Source: the human T2T-CHM13v2.0 reference genome, Homo sapiens
DNA length: 64,000 bases
NCBI RefSeq assembly: GCF_009914755.1
Contig: NC_060948.1
Direction: 5' to 3' (one strand)
In this document: piece after piece, positions 38,518 through 57,873 of the stretch
Layout of the letters: every line of letters starts with the position of its first letter
Position numbering within the stretch: the stretch's first letter is position 1
Notes under the pieces: generated by a model
Databases searched by the model: none
Told to the model about the DNA's origin: nothing
Seen by the model: only the letters and a program-made list of their open reading frames with translations
Position numbers and translations under genes: made by a program

Positions 38518-40622
38518 AGATCCATATTTTTTAAATGAAAAAAAATTTCAAAGGTACTCTGCTTGGTACAATAATCAAATGTATAAACTGAGGAATAAAA
38601 CATAACCATGAAACCTACTTATAACTGCATATGGAAAATACAGAAGATAATTTTTTAAATAACATATTTTGAAAGCCTTAACTAGTAATTTGAAGAGTTG
38701 GCATTTGAAAGGCCAGTATGAATATACCTTCAAAGCAGCAACACAGGTTCCCCATGAGAAAAAGCAAACACAGGGAAAATTAAAACACAAAGGTTCAATC
38801 TCTTCTGACCTTTGAAAGACACAGCACAGACAGTGGTCCTTAGGAGGAAGAGCACGAGACCCCTAATTCCGTCACCATGGCGATAGGGCATAAACATTGC
38901 TGGGTGAGGGCACAATCCACATTGTGAGGTCCAACTGCTGCCAGGAAGACAGGAGTGCTTTTACATAGACCGAAAGGTCATTGAAGGCTCAGAGTTTTGT
39001 TTCAAGAACTGAATCCCAAGCCCACACGTTATTAGGCTGCGCTTCTTAAAACAAGTTATGAGATGGGAAAAAGGGCACCCACAAACATACGTATACATTA
39101 TGTATATAATAATATACAGTATCATATATATAATATATATAACCTATGTATAATATTGTTTTACATCCTGCATCTTATGTTATATATATTGTATAAAATA
39201 TAATAATTGATAATATATAAGTTTTATAATTATACAATATGACATATAGTATATATTATAATTTATGACATATATAATATATGTTATATGTCATATATAG
39301 AATATATTATACGGTTAATATACGTATTAAATATAAATTATACATTATATATATTATATATATTATATCTGTTATATATAATACTCATTATGCTTAATAT
39401 ATATATTATGTCTATGTTATATATAGTATAAAACAACATATAATAATATATAATTGTATATATAAAATGCGACATATAATATATATTATATTTTATAACA
39501 TATGTAATATATATTATATATTATATATAATACGTTGTATGTATAATACCTATATTAAATATATATTATATGACTATGTTATTAATTACATGTCACATGT
39601 GTTATATATTATATATTTTACATAGAATATACCGGTTACATACAATATATACTATGTTACCTATAATGTATAATTTTTTACATGTAAAATAAAGAATGCA
39701 ATATATTATGTATAATTTATAATATACCATATGTGGAATGTGATATATATAACATATAATATATGATATATGATATACAGTATATGATATATAACATACA
39801 ATATATGATTCCTAATATATATGGTATACAATATATATTTTATGATATGTATTCTATATGTTTTATATTCTGTTATATATAACTATTTGAAATTATATAT
39901 AACTGTATAATATTTTATGTAAATATGTAATATAATATATATAACTATATAATATATTATATATAACTATATATTATGTTATATATACTTTTATAACATA
40001 ATTTACATAAAATATCATAATATAATATATATTATATTATTTCATATTACATAATATATATTACATATCACCCAATATAAGTAACATACATAATATTATA
40101 ATATAGATTATATTGTGTTATATTAAATATCATATATATCATGTATCATATATTCTATAATATATATTACACATTATATAATATGTATGTTGTCTATTAT
40201 GTGATATACATAACTATATATATAATTATATTTTTATACATATAACTAGATAAACATGTAATTCTACATATTTTCATTTATAATATGTAGAATTATATAA
40301 TCATATATAATTATTTATATTCTATAAAAAATTTTATCATTATATAAATTATAATATATAAAAATTATAATATGTACTACAAATATATATATTATATATC
40401 ATATATGATATAGTACCTTTGTTATATATCATAATACATATAAATGTGTATTATGTTATCTATAATTATATAATTTCATATAAAAGATGTATAATATGTA
40501 TCATATATTATATATGTTATGTAATATATATAGTATATATAAGATGACACAGGATAAATATTATATACTATGACATATAAAATATATGAGGTTACATGTT
40601 ACATATAAGGCATAGCACATAA

Positions 40623-40937
<315 letters not shown>

Positions 40938-43060
40938 AGATCCATATTTTTTAAATGAAAAAAAATTTCAAAGGTACTCTGCTTGGTACAATAATCAAAT
41001 GTATAAACTGAGGAATAAAACATAACCATGAAACCTACTTATAACTGCATATGGAAAATACAGAGGATAATTTTTTAAATAACATATTTTGAAAGCCTTA
41101 ACTAGTAATTTGAAGAGTTGGCATTTGAAAGGCCAGTATGAATATACCTTCAAAGCAGCAACACAGGTTCCCCATGAGAAAAAGCAAACACAGGGAAAAT
41201 AAAAACACAAAGGTTCAATCTCTTCTGACCTTTGAAAGACACAGCACAGACAGTGGTCCTTAGGACGAAGAGCAGGAGACCCCTAATTCCGTCACCATGG
41301 CGATAGGGCACAAACATTGCTGGGTGAGGGCACAATCCACATTGTGAGGTCCAACTGCTGCCAGGAAGACAGGAGTGCTTTTACATAGACCGAAAGGTCA
41401 TTGAAGGCTCAGAGTTTTGTTTCAAGAACTGAATCCCAAGCCCACACGTTATTAGGCTGCGCTTCTTAAAACAAGTTATGAGATGGGAAAAAGGGCACCC
41501 ACAAACATACGTATACATTATGTATATAATAATATACAGTATCATATATATAATATATATAACCTATGTATAATATTGTTTTACATCCTGCATCTTATGT
41601 TATATATATTGTATAAAATATAATAATTGATAATATATAAGTTTTATAATTATACAATATGACATATAGTATATATTATAATTTATGACATATATAATAT
41701 ATGTTATATATCATATATAGAATATATTATACGGTTAATATACGTATTAAATATAAATTATACATTATATATATTATATATAATATATCTGTTATATATA
41801 ATACCCATTATGCATAATATATATATTATGTCTATGTTATATATAGTATAAAACAACTTATAATAATATATAATTGTATATATAAAATGCGACATATAAT
41901 ATATATTATATTTTATAACATATGTAATATATATTATATATAATACGTTGTATGTATAATACCTATATTAAATATATATTATATGACTATGTTATTAATT
42001 ACATGTCACATGTGTTATATATTATATATTTTACATAGAATATACCGGTTACATACAATATATACTATGTTACCTATAATGTATAATTTATTACATGTAA
42101 AATAAAGAATGCAATATATTATGTATAATTTATAATATACAATATGTGGAATGTGACATATGTAACATATAATATATGATATATGATATACAGTATATGA
42201 TATATAACATACAATATATGATTCCTAATATATACGGTATACAATATATATTTTATGATATGTATTCTATATGTTTTATATTCTGTTATATATAACTATT
42301 TGAAATTATATATAACTGTATAATATTTTATGTAAATATGTAATATAATATATATAACTATATAATATATTATATATAACTATATATTATGTTATATATA
42401 CTTTTATAACATAATTTACATAAAATATCATAATATAATATATATTATATTATTTCATATTCCATAATATATATTACATATCACCCAATATAACTAACAT
42501 ACATAATATTATAATATAGATTATATTATGTTATATTAAATATCATATATATCATGTATCATATATTCTATAATATATATTACACATTATATAATATGTA
42601 TGTTGTCTATTATGTGATATATATAACTCAATATATAATTATATTTTTATACATATAACTAGATAAACATGTAATTCTACATATTATCATTTATAATATG
42701 TAGAATTATATAATCATATATAATTATTTATATTCTATAAAAAATTTTATCATTATATAAATTATAATATATAAAAATTATAATATGTACTACAAATATA
42801 TATATATTATATATCATATATGATATAGTACCTTTGTTATATATCATAATACATATAAATGTGTATTATGTTATCTATAATTATATAATTTCATATATAA
42901 GATGTATAATATGTATCATATATTATATATGTTATGTAATATATATAGTATATATAAGATGACACAGGATAAATATTATATACTATGACATATAAAATAT
43001 ATGAGGTTATATGTTACATATAAGGCATAGCACATAACATGTAATATATATCATATATAA

Positions 43061-43352
43061 TTTTTTTTTACACAGAATCTTGTCCTGTTGCACAGGGTGG
43101 GGTACAATGGCGCCATCTTTGCTCACTGCAACTTCTGCCTCACGGGTCCAAGCGATTGTCCTCCCTCAGCCCCTCAGGTAGCTGGGACTACACCACACTG
43201 GGACTACACCAGCTGCCACCATGCCTAGCTAATTTTTTGGATTTTTAGTAGTGACAGCGTTTCACTGTATTGGCCAGGATGGTCTTGATCTCTTCACCTT
43301 GTGATCCCCTTGCCTTGGCCTCCAAATTTGCTGGGATTACAGGCCTGAGCCA
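43061..43352 (-). mobile_element. Alu within unit 18
   Basis: Near-identical to 1939-2230. Confidence 0.93.
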
Positions 43353-45482
43353 AGATCCATATTTTTTAAATGAAAAAAAATTTCAAAGGTACTCTGCTTG
43401 GTACAATAATCAAATGTATAAACTGAGGAATAAAACATAACCATGAAACCTACTTATAACTGCATATGGAAAATACAGAGGATAATTTTTTAAATAACAT
43501 ATTTTGAAAGCCTTAACTAGTAATTTGAAGAGTTGGCATTTGAAAGGCCAGTATGAATAAACCTTCAAAGCAGCAACACAGGTTCCCCATGAGAAAAAAC
43601 AAACACAGGGAAAATAAAAACACAAAGGTTCAATCTCTTCTGACCTTTGAAAGACACAGCACAGACAGTGGTCCTTAGGACGAAGAGCAGGAGACCCCTA
43701 ATTCCGTCACCATGGCGATAGGGCATAAACATTGCTGGGTGAGGGCACAATCCACATTGTGAGGTCCAACTGCTGCCAGGAAGACAGGAGTGCTTTTACA
43801 TAGACCGAAAGGTCATTGAAGGCTCAGAGTTTTGTTTCAAGAACTGAATCCCAAGCCCACACGTTATTAGGCTGCGCTTCTTAAAACAAGTTATGAGATG
43901 GGAAAAAGGGCACCCACAAACATACGTATACATTATGTATATAATAATATACTGTATCATATATATAATATATATAACCTATGTATAATATTGTTTTACA
44001 TCCTGCATCTTATGTTATATATATTGTATAAAATATAATAATTGATAATATATAAGTTTTATAATTATACAATATGACATATAGTATATATTATAATTTA
44101 TGACATATATAATATATGTTATATATCATATATAGAATATATTATACGGTTAATATACGTATTAAATATAAATTATACCTTATATATATTATATATAATA
44201 TATCTGTTATATATAATACCCATTATGCATAATATATATATTATGTCTATGTTATATATAGTATAAAACAACATATTATAATATATAATTGTATATATAA
44301 AATGCGACATATAATATATATTATATTTTATAACATATGTAATATATATTATATATTATATATAATACGTTGTATGTATAATACCTATATTAAATATATA
44401 TTATATGACTATGTTATTAATTACATGTCACATGTGTTATATATTATATATTTTACATAGAATATACCGGTTACATACAATATATACTATGTTACCTATA
44501 ATGTATAATTTATTACATGTAAAATAAAGAATGCAATATATTATGTATAATTTATAATATACAATATGTGGAATGTGACATATGTAACATATAATATATG
44601 ATATATGATATACAGTATATGATATATAACATACAATATATGATTCCTAATATATATGGTATACAATATATATTTTATGATATGTATTCTATATGTTTTA
44701 TATTCTGTTATATATAACTATTTGAAATTATATATAACTGTATAATATTTTATGTAAATATGTAATATAATATATATAACTATATAATATATTATATATA
44801 ACTATATATTATGTTATATATACTTTTATAACATAATTTACATAAAATATCATAATATAATATATATTATATTATTTCATATTACATAATATATATTACA
44901 TATCCCCCAATATAACTAACATACATAATATTATAATATAGATTATATTATGTTATATTAAATATCATATATATCATGTATCATATATTCTATAATATAT
45001 ATTACACATTATATAATATGTATGTTGTCTATTATGTGATATATATAACTCAATATATAATTATATTTTTATACATATAACTAGATAAACATGTAATTCT
45101 ACATATTTTCATTTATAATATGTAGAATTATATAATCATATATAATTATTTATATTCTATAAAAAATTTTATCATTATATAAATTATAATATATAAAAAT
45201 TATAATATGTACTACAAATATATATATATTATATATCATATATGATATAGTACCTTTGTTATATATCATAATACATATAAATGTGTATTATGTTATCTAT
45301 AATTATATAATTTCATATATAAGATGTATAATATGTATCATATATTATATATGTTATGTAATATATATAGTATATATAAGATGACACAGGATAAATATTA
45401 TATACTATGACATATAAAATATATGAGGTTATATGTTACATATAAGGCATAGCACATAACATGTAATATATATCATATATAA

Positions 45483-45774
45483 TTTTTTTTTAGACAGAAT
45501 CTTGTCCTGTTGCACAGGGTGGGGTACAATGGCGCCATCTTTGCTCACTGCAACTTCTGCCTCACGGGTCCAAGCGATTGTCCTCCCTCAGACTCCCAGG
45601 TAGCTGGGACTACACCACACTGGGACTACACCAGCTGCCACCATGCCTAGCTAATTTTTTGGATTTTTAGTAGTGACAGCGTTTCACTGTATTGGCCAGG
45701 ATGGTCTTGATCTCTTCACCTTGTGATCCCCTTGCCTTGGCCTCCAAATTTGCTGGGATTACAGGCCTGAGCCA
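45483..45774 (-). mobile_element. Alu within unit 19
   Basis: Near-identical to 1939-2230. Confidence 0.93.
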
Positions 45775-47881
45775 AGATCCATATTTTGTAAATGAAAAAA
45801 AATTTCAAAGGTACTCTGCTTGGTACAATAATCAAATGTATAAACTGAGGAATAAAACATAACCATGAAACCTACTTATAACTGCATATGGAAAATACAG
45901 AGGATAATTTTTTAAATAACATATTTTGAAAGCCTTAACTAGTAATTTGAAGAGTTGGCATTTGAAAGGCCAGTATGAATAAACCTTCAAAGCAGCAACA
46001 CAGGTTCCCCATGAGAAAAAGCAAACACAGGGAAAATAAAAACACAAAGGTTCAATCTCTTCTGACCTTTGAAAGACACAGCACAGACAGTGGTCCTTAG
46101 GACGAAGAGCAGGAGACCCCTAATTCCGTCACCATGGCGATAGGGCATAAACATTGCTGGGTGAGGGCACAATCCACATTGTGAGGTCCAACTGCTGCCA
46201 GGAAGACAGGAGTGCTTTTACATAGACCGAAAGGTCATTGAAGGCTCAGAGTTTTGTTTCAAGAACTGAATCCCAAGCCCACACGTTATTAGGCTGCGCT
46301 TCTTAAAACAAGTTATGAGATGGGAAAAAGGGCACCCACAAACATACGTATACATTATGTATATAATAATATACTGTATCATATATATAATATATATAAC
46401 CTATGTATAATATTGTTTTACATCCTGCATCTTATGTTATATATATTGTATAAAATATAATAATTGATAATATATAAGTTTTATAATTATACAATATGAC
46501 ATATAGTATATATTATAATTTATGACATATATAATATATGTTATATATCATATATAGAATATATTATACGGTTAATATACGTATTAAATATAAATTATAC
46601 CTTATATATATTATATATAATATATCTGTTATATATAATACCCATTATGCATAATATATATATTATGTCTATGTTATATATAGTATAAAACAACATATTA
46701 TAATATATAATTGTATATATAAAATGCGACATATAATATATATTATATTTTATAACATATGTAATATATATTATATATTATATATAATACGTTGTATGTA
46801 TAATACCTATATTAAATATATATTATATGACTATGTTATTAATTACATGTCACATGTGTTATATATTATATATTTTACATAGAATATACCGGTTACATAC
46901 AATATATACTATGTTACCTATAATGTATAATTTATTACATGTAAAATAAAGAATGCAATATATTATGTATAATTTATAATATACAATATGTGGAATGTGA
47001 CATATGTAACATATAATATATGATATATGATATACAGTATATGATATATAACATACAATATATGATTCCTAATATATATGTTATACAATATATATTTTAT
47101 GATATGTATTCTATATGTTTTATATTCTGTTATATATAACTATTTGAAATTATATATAACTGTATAATATTTTATGTAAATATGTAATATAATATATATA
47201 ACTATATAATATATTATATATAACTATATATTATGTTATATATACTTTTATAACATAATTTACATAAAATATCATAATATAATATATATTATATTATTTC
47301 ATATTACATAATATATATTACATATCACCCAATATAACTAACATACATAATATTATAATATAGATTATATTATGTTATATTAAATATCATATATATCATG
47401 TATCATATATTCTATAATATATATTACACATTATATAATATGTATGTTGTCTATTATGTGATATATATAACTCAATATATAATTATATTTTTATACATAT
47501 AACTAGATAAACATGTAATTCTACATATTTTCATTTATAATATGTAGAATTATATAATCATATATAATTATTTATATTCTATAAAAAATTTTATCATTAT
47601 ATAAATTATAATATATAAAAATTATAATATGTACTACAAATATATATATATTATATATCATATATGATATAGTACCTTTGTTATATATCATAATACATAT
47701 AAATGTGTATTATGTTATCTATAATTATATAATTTCATATATAAGATGTATAATATGTATCATATATTATATATGTTATGTAATATATATAGTATATATA
47801 AGATGACACAGGATAAATATTATATACTATGACATATAAAATATATGAGGTTATATGTTACATATAAGGCATAGCACATAA

Positions 47882-48196
<315 letters not shown>

Positions 48197-50296
48197 AGAT
48201 CCATATTTTGTAAATGAAAAAAAATTTCAAAGTTACTCTGCTTGGTACAATAATCAAATGTATAAACTGAGGAATAAAACATAACCATGAAACCTACTTA
48301 TAACTGCATATGGAAAATACAGAGGATAATTTTTTAAATAACATATTTTGAAAGCCTTAACTAGTAATTTGAAGAGTTGGCATTTGAAAGGCCAGTATGA
48401 ATAAACCTTCAAAGCAGCAACACAGGTTCCCCATGAGAAAAAGCAAACACAGGGAAAATAAAAACACAAAGGTTCAATCTCTTCTGACCTTTGAAAGACA
48501 CAGCACAGACAATGGTCCTTAGGACGAAGAGCAGGAGACCCCTAATTCCGTCACCATGGCGATAGGGCATAAACATTGCTGGGTGAGGGCACAATCCACA
48601 TTGTGAGGTCCAACTGCTGCCAGGAAGACAGGAGTGCTTTTACATAGACCGAAAGGTCATTGAAGGCTCAGAGTTTTGTTTCAAGAACTGAATCCCAAGC
48701 CCACACGTTATTAGGCTGCGCTTCTTAAAACAAGTTATGAGATGGGAAAAAGGGCACCCACAAACATACGTATACATTATGTATATAATAATATACAGTA
48801 TCATATATATAATATATATAACCTATGTATAATATTGTTTTACATCCTGCATCTTATGTTATATATATTGTATAAAATATAATAATTGATAATATATAAG
48901 TTTTATAATTATACAATATGACATATAGTATATATTATAATTTATGACATATATAATATATGTTATATATCATATATAGAATATATTATACGGTTAATAT
49001 ACGTATTAAATATAAATTATACATTATATATATTATATATAATATATCTGTTATATATAATACCCATTATGCATAATATATATATTATGTCTATGTTATA
49101 TATAGTATAAAACAACATATAATAATATATAATTGTATATATAAAATGCGACATATAATATATATTATATTTTATAACATATGTAATATATATTATATAT
49201 AATACGTTGTATGTATAATACCTATATTAAATATATATTATATGACTATGTTATTAATTACATGTCACATGTGTTATATATTATATATTTTACATAGAAT
49301 ATACCGGTTACATACAATATATACTATGTTACCTATAATGTATAATTTATTACATGTAAAATAAAGAATGCAATATATTATGTATAATTTATAATATACA
49401 ATATGTGGAATGTGACATATGTAACATATAATATATGATATATGATATACAGTATATGATATATAACATACAATATATGATTCCTAATATATACGGTATA
49501 CAATATATATTTTATGATATGTATTCTATATGTTTTATATTCTGTTATATATAACTATTTGAAATTATATATAACTGTATAATATTTTATGTAAATATGT
49601 AATATAATATATATAACTATATAATATATTATATATAACTATATATTATGTTATATATACTTTTATAACATAATTTACATAAAATATCATAATATAATAT
49701 ATATTATATTATTTCATATTACATAATATATATTACATATCACCCAATATAACTAACATACATAATATTATAATATAGATTATATTATGTTATATTAAAT
49801 ATCATATATATCATGTATCATATATTCTATAATATATATTACACATTATATAATATGTATGTTGTCTATTATGTGATATATATAACTCAATATATAATTA
49901 TATTTTTATACATATAACTAGATAAACATGTAATTCTACATATTTTCATTTATAATATGTAGAATTATATAATCATATATAATTATTTATATTCTATAAA
50001 AAATTTTATCATTATATAAATTATAATATATAAAAATTATAATATGTACTACAAATATATATATATTATATATCATATATGATATAGTACCTTTGTTATA
50101 TATCATAATACATATAAATGTGTATTATGTTATCTATAATTATATAATTTCATATATAAGATGTATAATATGTATCATATATTATATATGTTATGTAATA
50201 TATATAGTATATATAAGATGACACAGGATAAATATTATATACTATGACATATAAAATATATGAGGTTATATGTTACATATAAGGCATAGCACATAA

Positions 50297-50611
<315 letters not shown>

Positions 50612-52716
50612 AGATCCATATTTTGTAAATGAAAAAAAATTTCAAAGGTACTCTGCTTGGTACAATAATCAAATGTATAAACTGAGGAATAAAACATAAC
50701 CATGAAACCTACTTATAACTGCATATGGAAAATACAGAGGATAATTTTTTAAATAACATATTTTGAAAGCCTTAACTAGTAATTTGAAGAGTTGGCATTT
50801 GAAAGGCCAGTATGAATAAACCTTCAAAGCAGCAACACAGGTTCCCCATGAGAAAAAGCAAACACAGGGAAAATAAAAACACAAAGGTTCAATCTCTTCT
50901 GACCTTTGAAAGACACAGCACAGACAGTGGTCCTTAGGACGAAGAGCAGGAGACCCCTAATTCCGTCACCATGGCGATAGGGCATAAACATTGCTGGGTG
51001 AGGGCACAATCCACATTGTGAGGTCCAACTGCTGCCAGGAAGACAGGAGTGCTTTTACATAGACCGAAAGGTCATTGAAGGCTCAGAGTTTTGTTTCAAG
51101 AACTGAATCCCAAGCCCACACGTTATTAGGCTGCGCTTCTTAAAACAAGTTATGAGATGGGAAAAAGGGCACCCACAAACATACGTATACATTATGTATA
51201 TAATAATATACTGTATCATATATATAATATATATAACCTATGTATAATATTGTTTTACATCCTGCATCTTATGTTATATATATTGTATAAAATATAATAA
51301 TTGATAATATATAAGTTTTATAATTATACAATATGACATATAGTATATATTATAATTTATGACATATATAATATATGTTATATATCATATATAGAATATA
51401 TTATACGGTTAATATACGTATTAAATATAAATTATACCATATATATTATATATAATATATCTGTTATATATAATACCCATTATGCATAATATATATATTA
51501 TGTCTATGTTATATATAGTATAAAACAACATATTATAATATATAATTGTATATATAAAATGTGACATATAATATATATTATATTTTATAACATATGTAAT
51601 ATATATTATATATTATATATAATACGTTGTATGTATAATACCTATATTAAATATATATTATATGACTATGTTATTAATTACATGTCACATGTGTTATATA
51701 TTATATATTTTACATAGAATATACCGGTTACATACAATATATACTATGTTACCTATAATGTATAATTTATTACATGTAAAATAAAGAATGCAATATATTA
51801 TGTATAATTTATAATATACAATATGTGGAATGTGACATATGTAACATATAATATATGATATATGATATACAGTATATGATATATAACATACAATATATGA
51901 TTCCTAATATATATGGTATACAATATATATTTTATGATATGTATTCTATATGTTTTATATTCTGTTATATATAACTATTTGAAATTATATATAACTGTAT
52001 AATATTTTATGTAAATATGTAATATAATATATATAACTATATAATATATTATATATAACTATATATTATGTTATATATACTTTTATAACATAATTTACAT
52101 AAAATATCATAATATAATATATATTATATTATTTCATATTACATAATATATATTACATATCACCCAATATAACTAACATACATAATATTATAATATAGAT
52201 TATATTATGTTATATTAAATATCATATATATCATGTATCATATATTCTATAATATATATTACACATTATATAATATGTATGTTGTCTATTATGTGATATA
52301 TATAACTCAATATATAATTATATTTTTATACATATAACTAGATAAACATGTAATTCTACATATTTTCATTTATAATATGTAGAATTATATAATCATATAT
52401 AATTATTTATATTCTATAAAAAATTTTATCATTATATAAATTATAATATATAAAAATTATAATATGTACTACAAATATATATATATTATATATCATATAT
52501 GATATAGTACCTTTGTTATATATCATAATACATATAAATGTGTATTATGTTATCTATAATTATATAATTTCATATATAAGATGTATAATATGTATCATAT
52601 ATTATATATGTTATGTAATATATATAGTATATATAAGATGACACAGGATAAATATTATATACTATGACATATAAAATATATGAGGTTATATGTTACATAT
52701 AAGGCATAGCACATAA

Positions 52717-53031
<315 letters not shown>

Positions 53032-55136
53032 AGATCCATATTTTGTAAATGAAAAAAAATTTCAAAGGTACTCTGCTTGGTACAATAATCAAATGTATAA
53101 ACTGAGGAATAAAACATAACCATGAAACCTACTTATAACTGCATATGGAAAATACAGAGGATAATTTTTTAAATAACATATTTTGAAAGCCTTAACTAGT
53201 AATTTGAAGAGTTGGCATTTGAAAGGCCAGTATGAATAAACCTTCAAAGCAGCAACACAGGTTCCCCATGAGAAAAAGCAAACACAGGGAAAATAAAAAC
53301 ACAAAGGTTCAATCTCTTCTGACATTTGAAAGACACAGCACAGACAGTGGTCCTTAGGACGAAGAGCAGGAGACCCCTAATTCCGTCACCATGGCGATAG
53401 GGCATAAACATTGCTGGGTGAGGGCACAATCCACATTGTGAGGTCCAACTGCTGCCAGGAAGACAGGAGTGCTTTTACATAGACCGAAAGGTCATTGAAG
53501 GCTCAGAGTTTTGTTTCAAGAACTGAATCCCAAGCCCACACGTTATTAGGCTGCGCTTCTTAAAACAAGTTATGAGATGGGAAAAAGGGCACCCACAAAC
53601 ATACGTATACATTATGTATATAATAATATACTGTATCATATATATAATATATATAACCTATGTATAATATTGTTTTACATCCTGCATCTTATGTTATATA
53701 TATTGTATAAAATATAATAATTGATAATATATAAGTTTTATAATTATACAATATGACATATAGTATATATTATAATTTATGACATATAAAATATATGTTA
53801 TATATCATATATAGAATATATTATACGGTTAATATACGTATTAAATATAAATTATACCTTATATATATTATATATAATATATCTGTTATATATAATACCC
53901 ATTATGCATAATATATATATTATGTCTATGTTATATATAGTATAAAACAACATATAATAATATATAATTGTATATATAAAATGCGACATATAATATATAT
54001 TATATTTTATAACATATGTAATATATATTATATATTATATATAATACGTTGTATGTATAATACCTATATTAAATATATATTATATGACTATGTTATTAAT
54101 TACATGTCACATATGTTATATATTATATATTTTACATAGAATATACCGGTTACATACAATATATACTATGTTACCTATAATGTATAATTTATTACATGTA
54201 AAATAAAGAATGCAATATATTATGTATAATTTATAATATACAATATGTGGAATGTGACATATGTAACATATAATATATGATATATGATATACAGTATATG
54301 ATATATAACATACAATATATGATTCCTAATATATATGGTATACAATATATATTTTATGATATGTATTCTATATGTTTTATATTCTGTTATATATAACTAT
54401 TTGAAATTATATATAACTGTATAATATTTTATGTAAATATGTAATATAATATATATAACTATATAATATATTATATATAACTATATATTATGTTATATAT
54501 ACTTTTATAACATAATTTACATAAAATATCATAATATAATATATATTATATTATTTCATATTACATAATATATATTACATATCACCCAATATAACTAACA
54601 TACATAATATTATAATATAGATTATATTATGTTATATTAAATATCATATATATCATGTATCATATATTCTATAATATATATTACACATTATATAATATGT
54701 ATGTTGTCTATTACGTGATATATATAACTCAATATATAATTATATTTTTATACATATAACTAGATAAACATGTAATTCTACATATTTTCATTTATAATAT
54801 GTAGAATTATATAATCATATATAATTATTTATATTCTATAAAAAATTTTATCATTATATAAATTATAATATATAAAAATTATAATATGTACTACAAATAT
54901 ATATATTATATATCATATATGATATAGTACCTTTGTTATATATCATAATACATATAAATGTGTATTATGTTATCTATAATTATATAATTTCATATATAAG
55001 ATGTATAATATGTATCATATATTATAGATGTTATGTAATATATATAGTAGATATAAGATGACACAGGATAAATATTATATACTATGACATATAAAATATA
55101 TGAGGTTATATGTTACATATAAGGCATAGCACATAA

Positions 55137-55451
<315 letters not shown>

Positions 55452-57558
55452 AGATCCATATTTTTTAAATGAAAAAAAATTTCAAAGGTACTCTGCTTGG
55501 TACAATAATCAAATGTATAAACTGAGGAATAAAACATAACCATGAAACCTACTTATAACTGCATATGGAAAATACAGAGGATAATTTTTTAAATAACATA
55601 TTTTGAAAGCCTTAACTAGTAATTTGAAGAGTTGGCATTTGAAAGGCCAGTATGAATATACCTTCAAAGCAGCAACACAGGTTCCCCATGAGAAAAAGCA
55701 AACACAGGGAAAATAAAAACACAAAGGTTCAATCTCTTCTGACCTTTGAAAGACACAGCACAGACAGTGGTCCTTAGGACGAAGAGCAGGAGACCCCTAA
55801 TTCCGTCACCATGGCGATAGGGCATAAACATTGCTGGGTGAGGGCACAATCCACATTGTGAGGTCCAACTGCTGCCAGGAAGACAGGAGTGCTTTTACAT
55901 AGACCGAAAGGTCATTGAAGGCTCAGAGTTTTGTTTCAAGAACTGAATCCCAAGCCCACACGTTATTAGGCTGCGCTTCTTAAAACAAGTTATGAGATGG
56001 GAAAAAGGGCACCCACAAACATACGTATACATTATGTATATAATAATATACAGTATCATATATATAATATATATAACCTATGTATAATATTGTTTTACAT
56101 TCTGCATCTTATGTTATATATATTGTATAAAATATAATAATTGATAATATATAAGTTTTATAATTATACAATATGACATATAGTATATATTATAATTGAT
56201 GACATATATAATATATGTTATATATCATATATAGAGTATATTATACGGTTAATATACGTATTAAATATAAATTATACCTTATATATATTATATATAATAT
56301 ATCTGTTATATATAATACCCATTATGCATAATATATATATTATGTCTATGTTATATATAGTATAAAACAACATATAATAATATATAATTGTATATATAAA
56401 ATGCGACATATAATATATATTATATTTTATAACATATGTAATATATATCATATATTATATATAATACGTTGTATGTATAATACCTATATTAAATATATAT
56501 TATATGACTATGTTATTAATTACATGTCACATGTGTTATATATTATATATTTTACATAGAATATACCGGTTACATACAATATATACTATGTTACCTATAA
56601 TGTATAATTTATTACATGTAAAATAAAGAATGCAATATATTATGTATAATTTATAATATACAATATGTGGAATGTGACATATGTAACATATAATATATGA
56701 TATATGATATACAGTATATGATATATAACATACAATATATGATTCCTAATATATATGGTATACAATATATATTTTATGATATGTGTTCTATATGTTTTAT
56801 ATTCTGTTATATATAACTATTTGAAATTATATATAACTGTATAATATTTTATGTAAATATGTAATATAATATATATAACTATATAATATATTATATATAA
56901 CTATATATTATGTTATATATACTTTTATAACATAATTTACATAAAATATCATAATATAATATATATTATATTTTTTCATATTACATAATATATATTACAT
57001 ATCACCCAATATAACTAACATACATAATATTATAATATAGATTATATTATGTTATATTAAATATCATATATATCATGTATCATATATTCTATAATATATA
57101 TTACACATTATATAATATGTATGTTGTCTATTATGTGATATATATAACTCTATATATAATTATATTTTTATACATATAACTAGATAAACATGTAATTCTA
57201 CATATTTTCATTTGTAATATGTAGAATTATATAATCATATATAATTATTTATATTCTATAAAAAATTTTATCATTATATAAATTATAATATATAAAAATT
57301 ATAATATGTACTACAAATATATATATATTATATATCATATATGATATAGTACCTTTGTTATATATCATAATACATATAAATGTGTATTATGTTATCTATA
57401 ATTATATAATTTCATATATAAGATGTATAATATGTATCATATATTATATATGTTATGTAATATATATAGTATATATAAGATGACACAGGATAAATATTAT
57501 ATACTATGACATATAAAATATATGAGGTTATATGTTACATATAAGGCATAGCACATAA

Positions 57559-57873
<315 letters not shown>
